A stretch of DNA of 64,000 nucleotides, from NCBI GenBank assembly GCA_977020255.1, contig CDROCS010001147.1:868001-932000 (forward strand), in the 5' to 3' direction. Position numbers and translations under genes: made by a program. This DNA comes from Obrimoposthia wandeli. Lineage: Eukaryota. This document shows positions 1-13,752 of the stretch, one piece after another. The stretch's first letter is position 1; each line of letters begins with the position of its first letter. The notes beneath the pieces were generated by a model. That model did not search any database, was not told where the DNA came from, and was given only the letters and a program-made list of their open reading frames with translations.

Positions 1-1179
1 AACCTCTGAAACACCCTCTTGGTGTTAACGTTTCTTTCGAAACCTCGTAAATACTAAAACCTCTCTTCTGAGACTTTTATTTCCCTCCAAAAATCAATCT
101 AGGCTATATTTTCTCTCTTGAAATCTCGTAAATACCCCGATCAATTTGTCTGTTCTCTTCAGAAACCTCCTAACCCTTAATTTGTCTTCTAAAATAATTT
201 GAATTAATTTTAAGATTTGTTTCTTAACGACTTCTGCTAAATAGTATTAGATTCCCTAATAGTGCGGACTAATTCGATTAAATAGAACTGATATTACACT
301 TGCTTCGGCCTAAAATGGATTAGATAAACTGATACTCACTTGTATGGTTGATGGCCGCTTACAGTTGTTAGCTGCTTCTCTCGTTACGAGTCCTGTAGAT
401 TGAGCTGTATATGATTCCTTTTCCTTCCCTGACCGGCCGTTTGAAAGTGACTTCTTACCGGATGGCACGTCGTCTTGTTTTCTTGTTGGTTGCTTGATTT
501 GATGTATGGTTTAACTGTAAGTCGACTCCCGTTCGATTATATTTTCATTGCAGCTTTTACTCTCTTGGAAGTTATTTTGTAAATTAAATGTTCATCTTTA
601 CACACATACCTTAAAAATGTCGATTTGCTAACCACCTCAGAACTAGTTGCTTAGGCAGTGACTGTATTGATCTTCTTGGTCAGTGCCTTTCATCTCATGT
701 CGATTCCTGGGTGCGGTGATTCTCGAGACGTCGACAGCTGCTTCTGGAGTGATTTCCAGGCTTAACTTGACTATGTTGACTGTCTTCTGACTTGACTAAA
801 TTTCTTCCACTGGCTAATACGATCGGAGTTACTTTCTGGCCTTCTTGGTCATATTTCCACTTCTTTTATACATTTCTTTGTCTACTATATACTTATAAAC
901 ACAATCCATGGCTTATCAAGGTCGTAATTTCTTGGTTTATTTATTTTTTTTTTCGTATTAATTTTATTAAAATAAATTATAAAATTACAAAGTAAGGTTA
1001 TTTACATAGTATAAATACTAATTCAACTTATTATTCATTATTTTTGTTCCATATTCAAACAATATAATAAATAAATATGATATGACAGTGCAAGATAATG
1101 AGATTATTTATAAATAAACTTCAAAAGAGAGAAGACTGAGGAACGATGCATTTGAACAAAATTCAAAAGACACATCAAG

Positions 1180-1369
1180 ATATTCCTGTTTAGAATATGC
1201 TACAGTGAGCTACTCGAAGTTGCTGATTTGTGGAGCGTCTTTGAATAATAATTCCCACATTTATCGATAAATTGGCGCTGTACTAAATATATTCCTGTTT
1301 AGAAGATGCTACAGTGAGCCACTCGAAGTTGCTGATTTGTGGGGCGTACTTGACAAATAATTCCCACAA
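1180..1369. repeat. Imperfect direct duplication of ~80 bp (period 109)
   Basis: atattcctgtttagaa(t/g)atgctacagtgagc(t/c)actcgaagttgctgatttgtgg...ataattcccaca starts at 1180 and again at 1289. Confidence 0.85.
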
Positions 1370-1547
1370 TCCTTAAGAAAATGGCGGACTATTCAACATC
1401 TGTCATGTCATGATATACTTTTACATTGGTTGCACTAATTTTTATAATTGTGAATGATAAAAATTTCGTTTTTAATATTAAAATATCCCTTGAGTTGATT
1501 GGCTTGAATTAAAATAGGCATTTTAATCTGAAAATAATGGGACTCAC

Positions 1548-1823
1548 CGATTAAAATGATAGTATGGGTCGTGCTCAAATAGTGGATGCGACAGGGCAGG
1601 ACAGCCTGGACCACAACGGGATTTGTATTTATGAATTGAAAAATATTCATTTGATTGTGTTGCCATGAATTAACATCGATTTTCCCCATCGTTATTTCAA
1701 TGAATGGAATTGGAATATACCGGTTACCATAGTTAATGTAAGTCCACACATGAACGTCAGAGCTCAGAAGATAAACAAAATGTAACGGTTTCAGCCTCAA
1801 TATCACATTCAAATCAGATTTTT
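1548..1823 (-). CDS. Host multi-Ig-like-domain gene, internal exon j (276 bp, phase 1-1)
   Basis: Minus strand cctatttAG|aa aaa tct...tta atc g|GTgagt; open frame KSDLNVILRLKP...VVQAVLPCRIHYLSTTHTIILI; same phase and size class as nine other exons. Confidence 0.75.
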
Positions 1824-2329
1824 CTAAATAGGATAGTTGAATTGAAAAAAATCAGCTGTTAAAAATAGATTCAAGTACTCTAAATTGGGGGTTCTCGACG
1901 TGGGCGAAATTGCATACTGGTGGGCAATTTTAAATTTTGAGTGGGCATTGAGAAACTGTAGCGACATTTTGGGGGCCGTTAACAAATTTGAGCATTAGAA
2001 AATAAAAACAATTCTTAAGTTATATATATCATTAAAAGTTCACATATTAGGTCCTTCATAGTTGAGATTGGCTCCAGAAAAACATTTTAAAAACTCGGAA
2101 AAATCCATGAGTATTTCAAAATCAAATAAATGATTTAATTCGACTTTTAGTGTTTTTAATAATACTTGATATTCAAATTATGAATTCATTGAAAATTAAT
2201 TATTTTCGTGGACATTTGCCTAATTTATTTTTTTTTCAATTCTTCAATTTCTTAAAAATAAACGTGTGCCTTTCAGATACCTCTACAAAAAAACGTTTTT
2301 CGTTGATACAGCATTGAATACTTATCCTT

Positions 2330-3259
2330 TGGAATTATTGCTTCTCTTCAAAGCAACGACATTTTAATGTGTCTTATAAGCAATGCAGCCATGAAACATT
2401 CACGCCTCAAAGGTCATTCACATTCAAAGCAAGCCGAGCATAAACCCAAACCATTGTCCCACTTCTTGCAACTTAGGGCTTCTTTTGAAAAGAGGATAAC
2501 AGTGACTTCGTCATTTAAAAAGCACAAAAAGATGGTGGTGTGATTTCATCATTTAAAATTGCATTTTTAATAGCAAAGAATGGAAATTCTCACACTGTTG
2601 TGAGGCATTAAGTCGACCTGATATTGAAGCAGTACTCTCTGCTATTATGCATGAACAGTCAAATTATATTACTGAAACAATTCCTCTTAGCAATGACACT
2701 ATTTCTCGACGAATTGATGAAATGGAAACTGATTTCCAACTGCAACTTATCAATATTCTCCAGTGCTCATCCAAGTAGATGAGTCAACAGGTGTGGATAA
2801 TAAATGCCTTATGATGGTACATGTCAGATATTTTAATGAAGACATCCGACCCCGTGAAGAAATGTTATTCACTGTCCAATTGTTGCTTGACTCAAAAGGA
2901 TCATCTATTTTTAAAATATTGGGAAAATATGCATCTGATGGAGCGCCTGTTTTGGTGGGTAGAAATTGAGGTTTCTCATCTCTCTGAAACTTGAAATTTC
3001 CCCTCCAGTTTTAACAATTCATTGTGTGACAGCGACAGTTGCCAAGAATATTAATGGAAGACTTGGTGATGCCCTGCATCTGGTTATTAAGACAGTAAAC
3101 AAAAGCAAATCAAATTATTTGTCTGATAGAATTTCTCGTCAACTCTGTGTCAATATTGAGGACGAGTATGCAAGACTTTTATGCCATACTGAAATAGGTA
3201 TTCTAATCGGAAATGAAATTAGTTTGAATAAAAAAATTTATTGGTACATTTTGACATAA
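2330..3259 (+). mobile_element. Degraded hAT (Buster/Charlie, ZBED5/SCAND3-like) transposase
   Basis: IPLSNDTISRRIDEM near 2680-2725, QVDESTGVDNKCLMMVHVRY (first catalytic D), LTIHC, RLLCHTEI; several frameshifts and stops. Confidence 0.85.
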
Positions 3260-3604
3260 TACATAGTTCATGTAAAAAATTTGACCTTGCCATTGTATAT
3301 ATATATAGCAGTAAAGTTAAATAAAATGAGTAATATCCACCGTTGAGGTAAATTATTAGTTTACTATAATTTTTTAAAAAATTGTTCTCACTGATAAATC
3401 CAAAATTTACGTACGCTTTGTATTCTAGTTCTATGTCAATATTTTTAAACCTGCTGATATCAATTATAATAAAGTAAGAAAAATTATTTTTAAGAAAGAA
3501 GAAAAATAAAATCTTTTATTTGTTACAATGGTCATCCAAATTGATTTAGGAATCATTTCTTAAAATAATATATTTTATTGAAGAAACAATTAGATAAATC
3601 TTAC

Positions 3605-3826
3605 TGAAATGTTTTGCCCATCTTTCAACTTTTATGTACGTAGTATAGTTTATTCGAAAAGTGCATTTTAGCTCAGTTGCTCTTCTAAACACACCGTACC
3701 TGATGTCTAACTGAGGCGTGAAATTATAAGGGGACACAAATTTGCATGTATAATTCTTGTGTATATTGGCGTAGTAAATAATTCTTGACATCGGAGGAGT
3801 GACCACCAAATCGATTTTGTCCAAAT
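3605..3826 (-). CDS. Host multi-Ig-like-domain gene, exon i (222 bp, phase 1-1)
   Basis: ttttttttAG|at ttg gac...cat ttc a|GTaaga; NYTCKF...ELKCTF cysteine pair. Confidence 0.75.
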
Positions 3827-4214
3827 CTAAAAAAAATTAGGAAAATAAACTTAAGAAAATCATTTATAGAAGCATAGTGTAAAATAAGCTAGGGCCCACC
3901 AGTGTTGAGAATATTTTCAATTATGTTTTCTATCGTAGATATAATTCAAAAGAATCAGAAACACCATATATTTATACACGCATACAGAACATTTTATGAA
4001 CCAATATCATCGGTAGGATATTTCTGGCTTCTGATTACATAACTCTCATCTTCACTATTCAAATTTGTGCTTCAGCCATTCGATTCTCTTGTGAAGGATT
4101 CCTCTTGGAAACTGAATTAATACCTGCCAGGGACTTAAAAATTATATTATTATATATGCACTTTCATACTGGTCACTATTCTTGCTTTTTTTAATTGGGT
4201 CCGTTTTAACAAGC

Positions 4215-4620
4215 ATATTTTCATTACAAATTACATACTTCCTGAAGCTTCATCCCAAATGTTTTCATGGTATCAATTCCAATAATAAAATCCACTCGAA
4301 AAATAATACTCAAATACAAATTACTCTCATTTTATGACACCTCCCAACAATCTTTACTCATTACAGTAACTGATGCTCTGGAGTCCCACAGCATTTCAAC
4401 TTCTACATCACTAACCCCCATTATACTCCATCCGTTACCATCATTCTCCATATGCATCTTTACATTTCGCCTTGGTTATGTATGCTTGATACCAGAAATG
4501 AAATGTGAGCAATTGGATCGCTTACGTTTTCCCAGATGAATGTAACTATTACAAACTTCTAAATCATTATTATTTTCTCCCACTTCTAATGTTACACAAA
4601 GTATTCTTGAAATCTTGTGT
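4215..4620 (-). mobile_element. Gypsy-type LTR retrotransposon aspartic protease relic
   Basis: Minus strand DVEVEMLWDSRASVTVMSKDCW (D-S-G-A motif mutated) followed by DFIIGIDTMKTFG. Confidence 0.65.
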
Positions 4621-5069
4621 GGGTTCTATAAAAGATAGCAGCTGTTGAAATGGTGACATTCTCTTCCGAAAATCAAACATTTGTGATTAAGAGGACGTTG
4701 GTTTTGGAAATAACTTTTTTCACCACAACTAAAATATGCTCATAACTGAAGTTCATCTCTTTGTGTGACAGGCAGTCCCTTCGTTAAGTTATATTTCCGT
4801 TTAGCTATATGTTTTAAGAAAAATCTTGTCTTTTGTCTATTTTTATTTTCTGCTTACCCATTTATGTGCATTTTTCCTTCATTAACATACTTTTGTAGTT
4901 TGGTTCTGAGTCAAGCATTTTAAAAGACTCAAAATACCGAAATATTCAAATTGTATTTTTATCATAAAAAACTTAATATTAAAACAAAGTGATAATTAAT
5001 AATAAGATAAATATAATTGTTAATATTTAAACAATTAAATATTAACTGTATTCTACACCACTCCCTTAT

Positions 5070-6038
5070 TTAAGTAAAAGAGTCAATTACATAAGCCGGC
5101 TTCAATCGATCGATCGACAAATTTTCTGTTTTAGTGTCAATTCTGAGTTTAACTGTTTTAAGACCAGAGCTTCTTTCCATTACTTCGTAAGAACCATGAT
5201 AAGGATTTTGCAAGCTTTTTGGAACTTCAATTCGAAACCAAACAAATTTACATGTCGTCAGATCTTTATTGACAAACAATTTGTGACTGGTTGACATTCT
5301 CTCTTCTTGGCTTTCGAAGTAGTCTATCAGTCTCTAATTGATTCTGTTGAAAGATATTCTGATGGATACTTTGAAATTATATAACCAAGTAATCTGGTAT
5401 TCGTTCCGTAGACTAGCTGAGCTAGAGTAGCATTTGTGATACTCGATATGAAATTTCTTAGAAATAGTAAAACATCAGGAAGAATTTTAATCCATTATTT
5501 GTTGACATTGGTTGCAGTAGCCTTTAAATCACTTTTTAATGTTCTGTCCCAACGCTCAACTTTCCCATTACATTGGGGATGATAAGCAGTTGTTTGTTTA
5601 TGCTTTATATCCATTTGGATGTAAAAATCGTTGAATTCTTTCGATACAAATTTTCTCCTTTGATCCGTGATAATTAACTCAAGTGGTCCGAATCGGCTAA
5701 TCCAGTTTACCTTTAACTCTTCAATAACCTTCGAAGTAGATATTTTCCCGCAAGGAACAGCTTCCATCCACGAGGTTTATCTGGCGACCTTTAACTCTTC
5801 AATAACCTTCGAAGTAGATATTTTCCCGCAAGGAACAGCTTCCATCCACGAGGTTTATCTGGCGACCATTGGTAGCAGAAAACATTTGTTTTTGATAGCT
5901 GGTAAGGGTCCCTCCAAATCGATGTGAACAATGCCAAATCTGCTTGTATCTTGAAATTCTACTAGAGTAGACATAGTAAGTCTTGTAATCTTTGAACGTT
6001 AACACTGAATACACTCTCGACACCAGGTTCGTATATTG
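5070..6038 (-). mobile_element. Gypsy-type integrase relic
   Basis: IRTWCRECIQC zinc-finger end, WISRFGPLELIITDQ, TTAYHPQCNGKVERW, PKSLQNPYHGSY and SIDRLKPAY; frameshifted; cut at 6038 by a hAT element. Confidence 0.9.
5709..5864. repeat. 78-bp perfect tandem duplication inside the Gypsy integrase
   Basis: acctttaactcttcaataacc...tttatctggcg at 5709 and 5787. Confidence 0.9.
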
Positions 6039-7237
6039 CATGGGTGTTCAACCCGTCGATCGCGAAACAGTTTTTGGTCTAACGCGAGATATTTGTTCTT
6101 CTTAAGTTATATTAATAATTTTTTTATAAACATGTAACAATTTTTTTTAAATAAAATAATTATTTTTAAAATTGTTTAAAAATTTAAATTGTCTGAATAT
6201 TTTAAATTTTTTTTCTAGTGTTTAAATTTGAGTTTAAAATAATTCATTACTAATTTTTAAAAATTTTTTATATTTTTTCCGTATAAATTTGCAAGCAATT
6301 TTGTTTATTTAATTCTTAATTCACTATATTTCAAATTATTTTTAATTCTTTATTTAAGGAAAGAATTTTTTTATAAAGTAAATATCTTACTAATTATAAT
6401 TGGTTATATATATTTTTTAATTTAATGTTTATAATGAGTACATAAAAAATTAAAATATATTATTTTAATAAAGAATGCGAATCAGAATTCTTTTTTACTA
6501 TGATTGATGGCAAAATTTGCTGTCTGATCTGATCTGCGACCGAGATACGAAAAGTCAAGATAATGAAAATAAAGAAAATACTTTCTACCCATCTAAATAT
6601 TCTTTTAAAAGTATAAGGATAAAAGTTTAATAGACATGTTAAGTACAATAAGATATTTTCAACAATTCTTAAATGTTCTGAAGGAAAATTTAAATCATTT
6701 TCCATATTTATTAAAGTTTCTCAACAAAAAAACAAAATTAAGTGATTGTGACTATAAATAAAATAGAAATAGTCGAGAATGATATTCGTTTGAGGTTCGC
6801 AGATTTCAGCAAAATTGAAGGAATTTCATCTTTCATCAATAATCCTTTTCAAAATCACTGAATCAAGAAATGGTGTGGAAATGTACACATGAGAAATTTC
6901 CAATATTAACAAGTATTGCTCAAAAAATTCTGGCTAGTTTTGGATTAACTTATTTATCAGAAGCTGTATTTTCAAATAGAAAAATATAGAAATCAAATTT
7001 CAAGGGATCATTTAAAACAGTGCTTGCGACTAGCTACATTATCATACCAGCCTGACTATGAAAGTATTGCAAAATCAGGGCAATGCAAAATTTCACATTG
7101 ATTTTCTATATAATAAAAAAAATGTGTTCATTTTAAAACTTTTGTATCATAAATAATTTTTATTTTTACTAATCCGATTACCAAATAACTCGACATACAA
7201 AAGTAGCTCGCGTAATACAAAAGGTTGAACACCCCTG
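6039..7237 (+). mobile_element. Internally deleted hAT (Buster group, GTF2IRD2/SPIN-like) element with 16-bp TIRs
   Basis: Left catgggtgttcaaccc (6039), right aggttgaacacccctg (7222-7237), 14/16 complementary; N-terminal ESEFFFTMIDGKICCLI (~6475-6530); C-terminal dimerisation domain KFPILTSIAQKILASFGLTYLSEAVFS...HLKQCLRLATLSYQPDY...QCKISH. No matching 8-bp TSD. Confidence 0.8.
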
Positions 7238-7957
7238 AACAACTTTTAAATTTTTAGTCTGTATAAAAGAATGAATGGTTAGGAAGTACTTAAAGTTTAG
7301 TCTTAGAGGCTTTTAATGACTATAAACTTAGAGTATATGGTTCAAACCTGACCCTGACAAGACTTTAGTTGCCACCATGTAACCTAACCGTCAGCTTACA
7401 TTCTCATGTGTTTAATTTATAAGAAATTCCATTCATTTTGTTACTAACACAAAAATTATTTATCTGAAACAAATTTTCTTCTAATTAAAGAACATAATTT
7501 GTTTAATGACTTCTTTTCAACTTCAGGCTGAATCCCAATCCCAAATGTTGACAAGAATTTACACATTTTCCCAAAACATGGTAATAATTTATTTTGATAA
7601 ATATTTTTTGATTTTACTTTTTCTTATCCTAAAAAAAAGCGATTTTAACATTATCCTTTTTGCATTTATTTTATTGTTGCCGACTTTTATATGACTTATA
7701 TATGACTTATATTACATAAACAGTGTTTCGAGATCTAAAAATAAGCAATTTAGGTGCTCAGCTTTTTATCTATGCAAGTTCTCCAAACATTGGCTGGGAT
7801 CACCACATGCCCCATAGAGCAGAGTGTCACCAGAATCTCCATGCTGCTGAAATTCGTATTTGTATCAGCTAGATTCCAGGGCTATGTTAGATAATATGTT
7901 TTGCTATGATAAATTAATACTGTTGTGACGGAGCTCATATGTGTGAAGACAACTCAC

Positions 7958-8248
7958 CAACAATGAGCAGTTCGTCATGCGCAAAGATCGAGTACAGAGG
8001 TGAGCCATGCGTCAGGGAAAACATCAGTGTACAATTGGCTTTATGGACGCCATCACTGAGGACGCCAGTGAAGAATTCGACCCTTGACCGTGAGCTGAAA
8101 TTTTTATTATCAAGGTCCACCGTCATGTACAAATTGAAGACGGAAATATTCAACTCTTTGAGCCTGTGGAAGCACTCGAATTTGTAGTTGTGACGAAACA
8201 CAGTGGCATTTACTTTAGGAGTTATGAAGGGTCCAATTGCAGTGGTTT
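7958..8248 (-). CDS. Host multi-Ig-like-domain gene, exon h (291 bp, phase 1-1)
   Basis: tatttttAG|aa acc act...att gtt g|GTgagt; YKFECF...DGVHKANCTL. Confidence 0.8.
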
Positions 8249-8833
8249 CTAAAAATAGAACAGTTAGGCTTATAACAGTGTATGGAAAATCCGTTGAAAT
8301 GAATACAAAATTTAATTGATGTTGAAATAATTCAACATTTTTAACATGTTCTATTAAGTATTTAAGAATATAATTTAGAATTTATTTTCTTTGCTATTTA
8401 GTTACCAGAAAGAGTTAGATGAAACTTCAGCGTTGATTCTCCATCTTTATCGGTCTAATCAAATTTCAAAACATTCAAATGTGTCAACAGGTGCACATAC
8501 GTATCAAGGGGGCAAGGTGTGACTCCTTGAGAGAGCCAAAACAAGAATTGGAAGTTCCCTGAAAAAGACGAATATCGGTTATTTCTAAATTGGGAGAGGG
8601 GAGAGAAGAACGGGTGAACAGTTGTCCAAAGTGCTACCACTAGTGGGTAATGCTCTTGGAAGATTGTTTGTGTCGCATGTTTGATGAGGATCTAGACAAT
8701 GAACACGTTTTCCTCGGGTACACAGCAACGGGGACCAAGGGAGTTTATCACGAACCTGGGGTATCATAGTTTCAGGACATTTCAATTTCATTGGATAAAG
8801 TGCAAATGGGAACGCTAACTAAAGACATTAATA

Positions 8834-9090
8834 CTCCCTCTGTTCCAAAATAGTTTTGTTCCCAAAATTGTTTTCTTGTTCCGGGTGGTCTCAGAGAAGT
8901 ATTTTACTTTTGGTTTTAAAATATATTTAAAATTTCTACTTGAAAATATTAAAACAGATAAAGTTAATACCAATAAATCAGAAGATTTAATACTATTATG
9001 TCAATTTAAACAGCAAATAATTTGACAGCAGTTTATTATACTTCAGATGAAATTTCTGGGTGTGGAACAACTTTTTCGGAACAGAGGCAG
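8834..9090. mobile_element. Tc1/mariner-derived (Stowaway-like) MITE
   Basis: TA|ctccctctgttccaaaatagtt at 8832-8855 and aactttttcggaacagaggcag at 9069-9090 are imperfect inverted repeats; right TA not preserved. Confidence 0.6.
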
Positions 9091-10211
9091 TGTGATTTAA
9101 TATTTGATTTTTCAATTATAATTTGAATAAATAGAAAATATTTTAAATTATTTCAGTGCCTACAATCTATTGTTCTTCAATGTAAAACATATATCTAAAT
9201 ACAACAGTTTAAAATATGAAAATGTTGTTGAGTTTTAATTAATAGAAAACATTCTCATCAAATTATAAATTATTTCATAATATGTTACACATTGTATTTC
9301 ATATTTGTATTTCTGGAACAAATAATTGTAAATACTTTAAAAAAAAATTGTTAATCAGCTCTAACTGCCGCAACAATTTTCGTATAGGTGTCACCGATCC
9401 TCCGGGTGCGATCTTACATCCTTGAATATGAAATGGACTTACACGGTGGAATTACCAGTCGTTATAAAGTCAGAAAAAACACAATGTAAATTACAAAAAT
9501 GTTTTAGAAAATTTACGAAAAGCAGACGATACATTAAAAGAAACGAATATGGAAGTCATTGAGAATCTGGGCTGCTATCCCGTTCTTTGTTGTGTCCCCA
9601 TGCTGGATAATCGTCACTATTTACTACTAAGCAGGTTGTACTGTTTGTACATTTGTCCGTCTTTTCCACATATGGGACATTTTCCGCGAAATGTACACTG
9701 TGGAGGTTTGTCTTATTTCAGCATTACACAAACAATTTCATTGCCAAATCAGCTCTTCCTTCAGTGCTGCAAGACCCTTATTATGATTGAAACATTTAAT
9801 TAATTGAGACATTTTGTGATAAATAAATTAAAATAAAAAATGAATCTTTGCAAAAAGTGTTAAATGTTATCAAATGTTATGATCCTTTCTAGTTGACCTC
9901 AAAACGGATATTTAAATTACGAAGTCGAGTATTGAATCCCTAGGAAAGTAGATTGAGGTATGGATCTCTTGTGTGTGCACAGTAAATGTAATTCAGTGTA
10001 ACTAGTATTTATAAATTGACATATTGAAGTGGTTTTCCTATGTTGACATTCATTAGATATTTATGGTGCCCCATTTGGCATAATCAGCCTTTCAAGGCGA
10101 CTCAGTCATTTGAGGCCAGACAAGTATAAAGGTTGCAAGGTGAAGGCAGCTGCTTTCCTTGACTTATGTGTGTAGAAACCGTTGCAAGAGACAATTAAAT
10201 GAAGTACTTAC

Positions 10212-10463
10212 GGACGACTTTATAGCATCTGGTTCCCATAAGTAGGTCCTTGCCGCAGGTAATGCATCGTGCTCTGTCTGTGGTATTGCCCTCCAGATAA
10301 CCTTGGAAGTCGCCGGTGATAACGAAATTCTTGGCGGCATTAAATTTGACCCAGTCCACATGTTTCAAAACTGCGGTGTTGGTTATGTTGCATGCCAGAC
10401 TTAGACGTAGTGGTGCGATCCAGAATATAATGGCTGGCCAAATTTCAATTCTTATTTCAGCAT
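10212..10463 (-). CDS. Host multi-Ig-like-domain gene, exon g (252 bp, phase 1-1)
   Basis: tttcaatttAG|at gct gaa...gtc gtc c|GTaagt; LSLACNIT...HVDW...RCITCG...TRCY with Ig-like C...W...C spacing. Confidence 0.85.
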
Positions 10464-13400
10464 CTAAATTGAAAGAAATCACTAAAATATACCGAACCTT
10501 TTTAATAAAAATGTGCCAAACTAAAAATTAGTTGAAAATATATTTATGTTTTATATTTGAAGTTTAGTTTTTCTTCAGTATTTTTACTTTCATTTCCATT
10601 CAGAATTTGCGATTTAACATTGGTATAAAATTGTTTACAGTTATCTTTACAACTTTGCAAAACTTTAACCAAAATAACAAATCAGTGTATAAAATTGAAT
10701 TGGTTAACGATTCACTGAATTTCTTCCTGTAACATAAAAGGATCATTTTTGAGATACATTTTAAATTCCCCTTACTTTACATGGCTCAAAAATGTAGGGA
10801 CTTCCTGGATTCCAAATATGTGGAACGTCTCCTTCTTGCAAATATTTGCTGATAGGAAAGTTATCATCACAAAAGAGGCCACACATCATCTGAAAATCCC
10901 TCGACAAAATCCCCATGCCATTTCATACCCTTGATAATTTTTCGTATCATTAGAAAATTAATTTTGAAAACTTTGATAAACTTTTTGAACGATTTTTGTT
11001 CTTAATTGTTACTATTATGAATTATTATAAGTAATGATACAATTTACAAAATTCGTATTTCATTGATTCAATATTAAAATTTGTGGTCAGATTCAAATAT
11101 AACTTTCTTATTCAATTATATACAAATAGATTGAAGTCTTCATTCAAATTTATAAATAAATTTAGTTTTAATATCATTTACAATAATCAAAAGTTGAAAA
11201 ATCTACAATCAAAAATATTAAAACAAACTTTATGAATATATTTAAATTGAAGCTGTTATTAAGCAGGTTTAAACCACTACGACTAAATACCAATGAAAGC
11301 CTTTGATACTTCGTATACGATATATCTGAACCTTACTTACCGTACATAACAAATCATACGCAACTGTACATTAAGTGGAGTAGGAAACGAGCACAGCAAA
11401 TATAAACTATTCCAAAGGAAAAGTGCATGTACGAATAAAAATGAGTCTCTGTAAAAATCATCAAACGTTTATTAAGCTATCTCCAGGTCATGTTAGAAGG
11501 TGCAAGTTATCGCAGTGGAGCCGGAAGAACACATCTTGCACCTGTTCTGTTTGTCCGCACTTCGGAAAGTGGCAGAAGAAATCGAATTGTGATTCTGCGC
11601 CCAAGATCCCTCAGGTCACCTTAATTTGCCGTCAGCGCATCCTCATTACCAAACCTTGGAAAAGCCACGACGAACTTGCATCGTAGTTGCAGTTGGAGAC
11701 ACGGTGTTCGAGTCACGATTGTAGAGAAGCCGACTATCCGCCAGCTCAAGGTGACAGAGATTAAATATGTGCATATATTCAACAAGTAGGCACTAAATTC
11801 GGCCGGAAGAGGAAGTGTCATTGTAATAAAACAATAGTAGATAAGTCAAAATCAATTTCAAATCCTTCTGAAAATCCCAATCATATTTATCTGTGGACTT
11901 CTTGTAGCGAGTATATTTTTGTGAATTTAAATTAAAATTGATACCATTTGGGTTAATAGCAATTTTTGCATTACACAACATTTTTTAATCATTTCATATC
12001 TAGATTTAAAAATAGCGAGCTACATGCATTTTAACACAGCCTCTTTTATAGAAGTTTTATAGATTTTTACTATATAATTTAATATATATAATTTTAATTT
12101 ATACGTTAGTACAAATGCGAAAATAAATATAATTAAATTTGTTGTTGTTGTTGTACTACACAATTCCAATATACGGAGCTCAAGTTTTAACAGAGTGGTA
12201 ATATAATCTATTTTAACTAATTTATATCTGAAGGAAGTTTTGTAATATTTATTGACAAGAATATTTTTAAGATGCAAACAAATAAAGAAAGATAAATAGC
12301 AAATAGTTGGATATTAGAAGGACTCTGTATGCAGAAATATTGCAAAGATTGAGAAACGTCGACAAGCTGCATAAACCTCATACGTTTACTAGTCGAAATA
12401 TCAGGAAAAGAGGTGAGGGCGTAAATTAAACGTACAAACTACGATGAATTGTCAATTAAAAGGGGAAAGGGACTCAAGGAAATTGCAAACTCGATGTATC
12501 CGAATGAACTTTTCAAAGATATTGAAGACAAATATATATATAAAAAATTGAGAGAAAAAAGTCAAGCAGGTTTGAAACTTTGTACAAAAGCAGACACGAA
12601 TCAAAATGACGGTGAATTGTAACATCAGTAAACATGAGTGGAATACTCGATGGTCCAGAAAATTGGCACACACGCAAGATTGTCAACAATTCAGCAAAAT
12701 AAGTGGTGGTGAAGAAATTTTGTTATGAATGATGGTTCTCATACGGGTTGATGTCATGTAACATTTGATCTACAAATACCATTTAAAATTTAATTGTTAA
12801 AGTAGTTAAATAAAATAAGTTGGAAACTTTCTTTTACCAGAAAGACAATTTACCCGTCAATACATCAAAGCATTTTAAAGTTCCAAAATTTGATGAATTG
12901 GAATAACCTGCAAATCAAGCCCAAAGGTTAAAAAAAAATCTCATCGTGATCATGAATATAAAATTTTTAAATCTAAAGAAACTAAAGAAAATGATAATAT
13001 TGTCATATTTAATATATTCAACAATCGCCGAGAAGAAATCCAAAATAAAAATGAGAAAGTGAACTTGTAAAATACTGCTTAAAAAAGGGAAAATTTATGT
13101 TTCTTTCACTTCACTAATATAAACTCTAAAAGTTATGCTCATTTATTTTTTTCCATTGACAATGTTGAATATTACATAAGTTTGAAAAATAATTTAAATA
13201 AAAAAATATTTTAAAATAAAAATATGAAAATCTTATATTTTGAATTTTCATAAAAATCTCCTAAAACACGAATTTTTGAAAGTTATCAATAGTTCTACTC
13301 ACTATATTTATGCAGATTTATACACATTTTACCTTATTCTAATTTTCTAATGATAAATAAAGAAGCAAGTTTACCTTCATGATAATGTTGATTAAGAAAA

Positions 13401-13491
13401 ATAATTTTAGAATATCTAAAGGCATTTCAGTTAATAGGCAATTTCGTTGTAAGAATACCGGTTATTTTAGGGTTACAAAACAATCACAAAC

Positions 13492-13752
13492 CTGACACAT
13501 TTAACTTGAAGCTGTACGGGACAAAGTCGCAGTTGGGTGTAGAGCAGTTCACTGTGTAAAGTCCAGACTGCAGCCCAATGGGGATTGTGATTTTGCTCTT
13601 TTGGATAATCATTCCCGAAGGAGGCTTTTGCCAGCAATTTGTGCTTACATTTATGCTGTGGTTCATGTTACCAAGAAATGCAGTGAGGTTATAGAGGATG
13701 TACCGTGAAAAATACTCTGGGTGAACTGGGCTATAACTTAACCTCAGATCGG
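13492..13752 (-). CDS. Host multi-Ig-like-domain gene, exon f (261 bp, phase 1-1)
   Basis: ttttatttAG|cc gat ctg...gtg tca g|GTttgt; TNCW...QSGLYTVNCS (F-strand-like GxYxxxC). Confidence 0.85.

Noticed and set aside
6460-6705. Minus-strand ORF with LTC...W as another Ig exon
   Set aside because: It lies inside the hAT element and is antisense to the transposase N-terminal zinc-finger segment; no phase-1 donor found.
8430-8800. GC-richer coding-like segment as host exon or named transposon
   Set aside because: All frames are interrupted or lack convincing splice pairs; the partial VFLGY match to Copia integrase is too weak.
9549-9803. Zinc-knuckle gene (FRGKCPICGKDG on the minus strand)
   Set aside because: The motif is incomplete and surrounded by stops; probably a transposon fragment but unassignable.
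11423-11821. Short Cys-rich ORFs on both strands
   Set aside because: No recognisable domain and no phase 1-1 splice pair.
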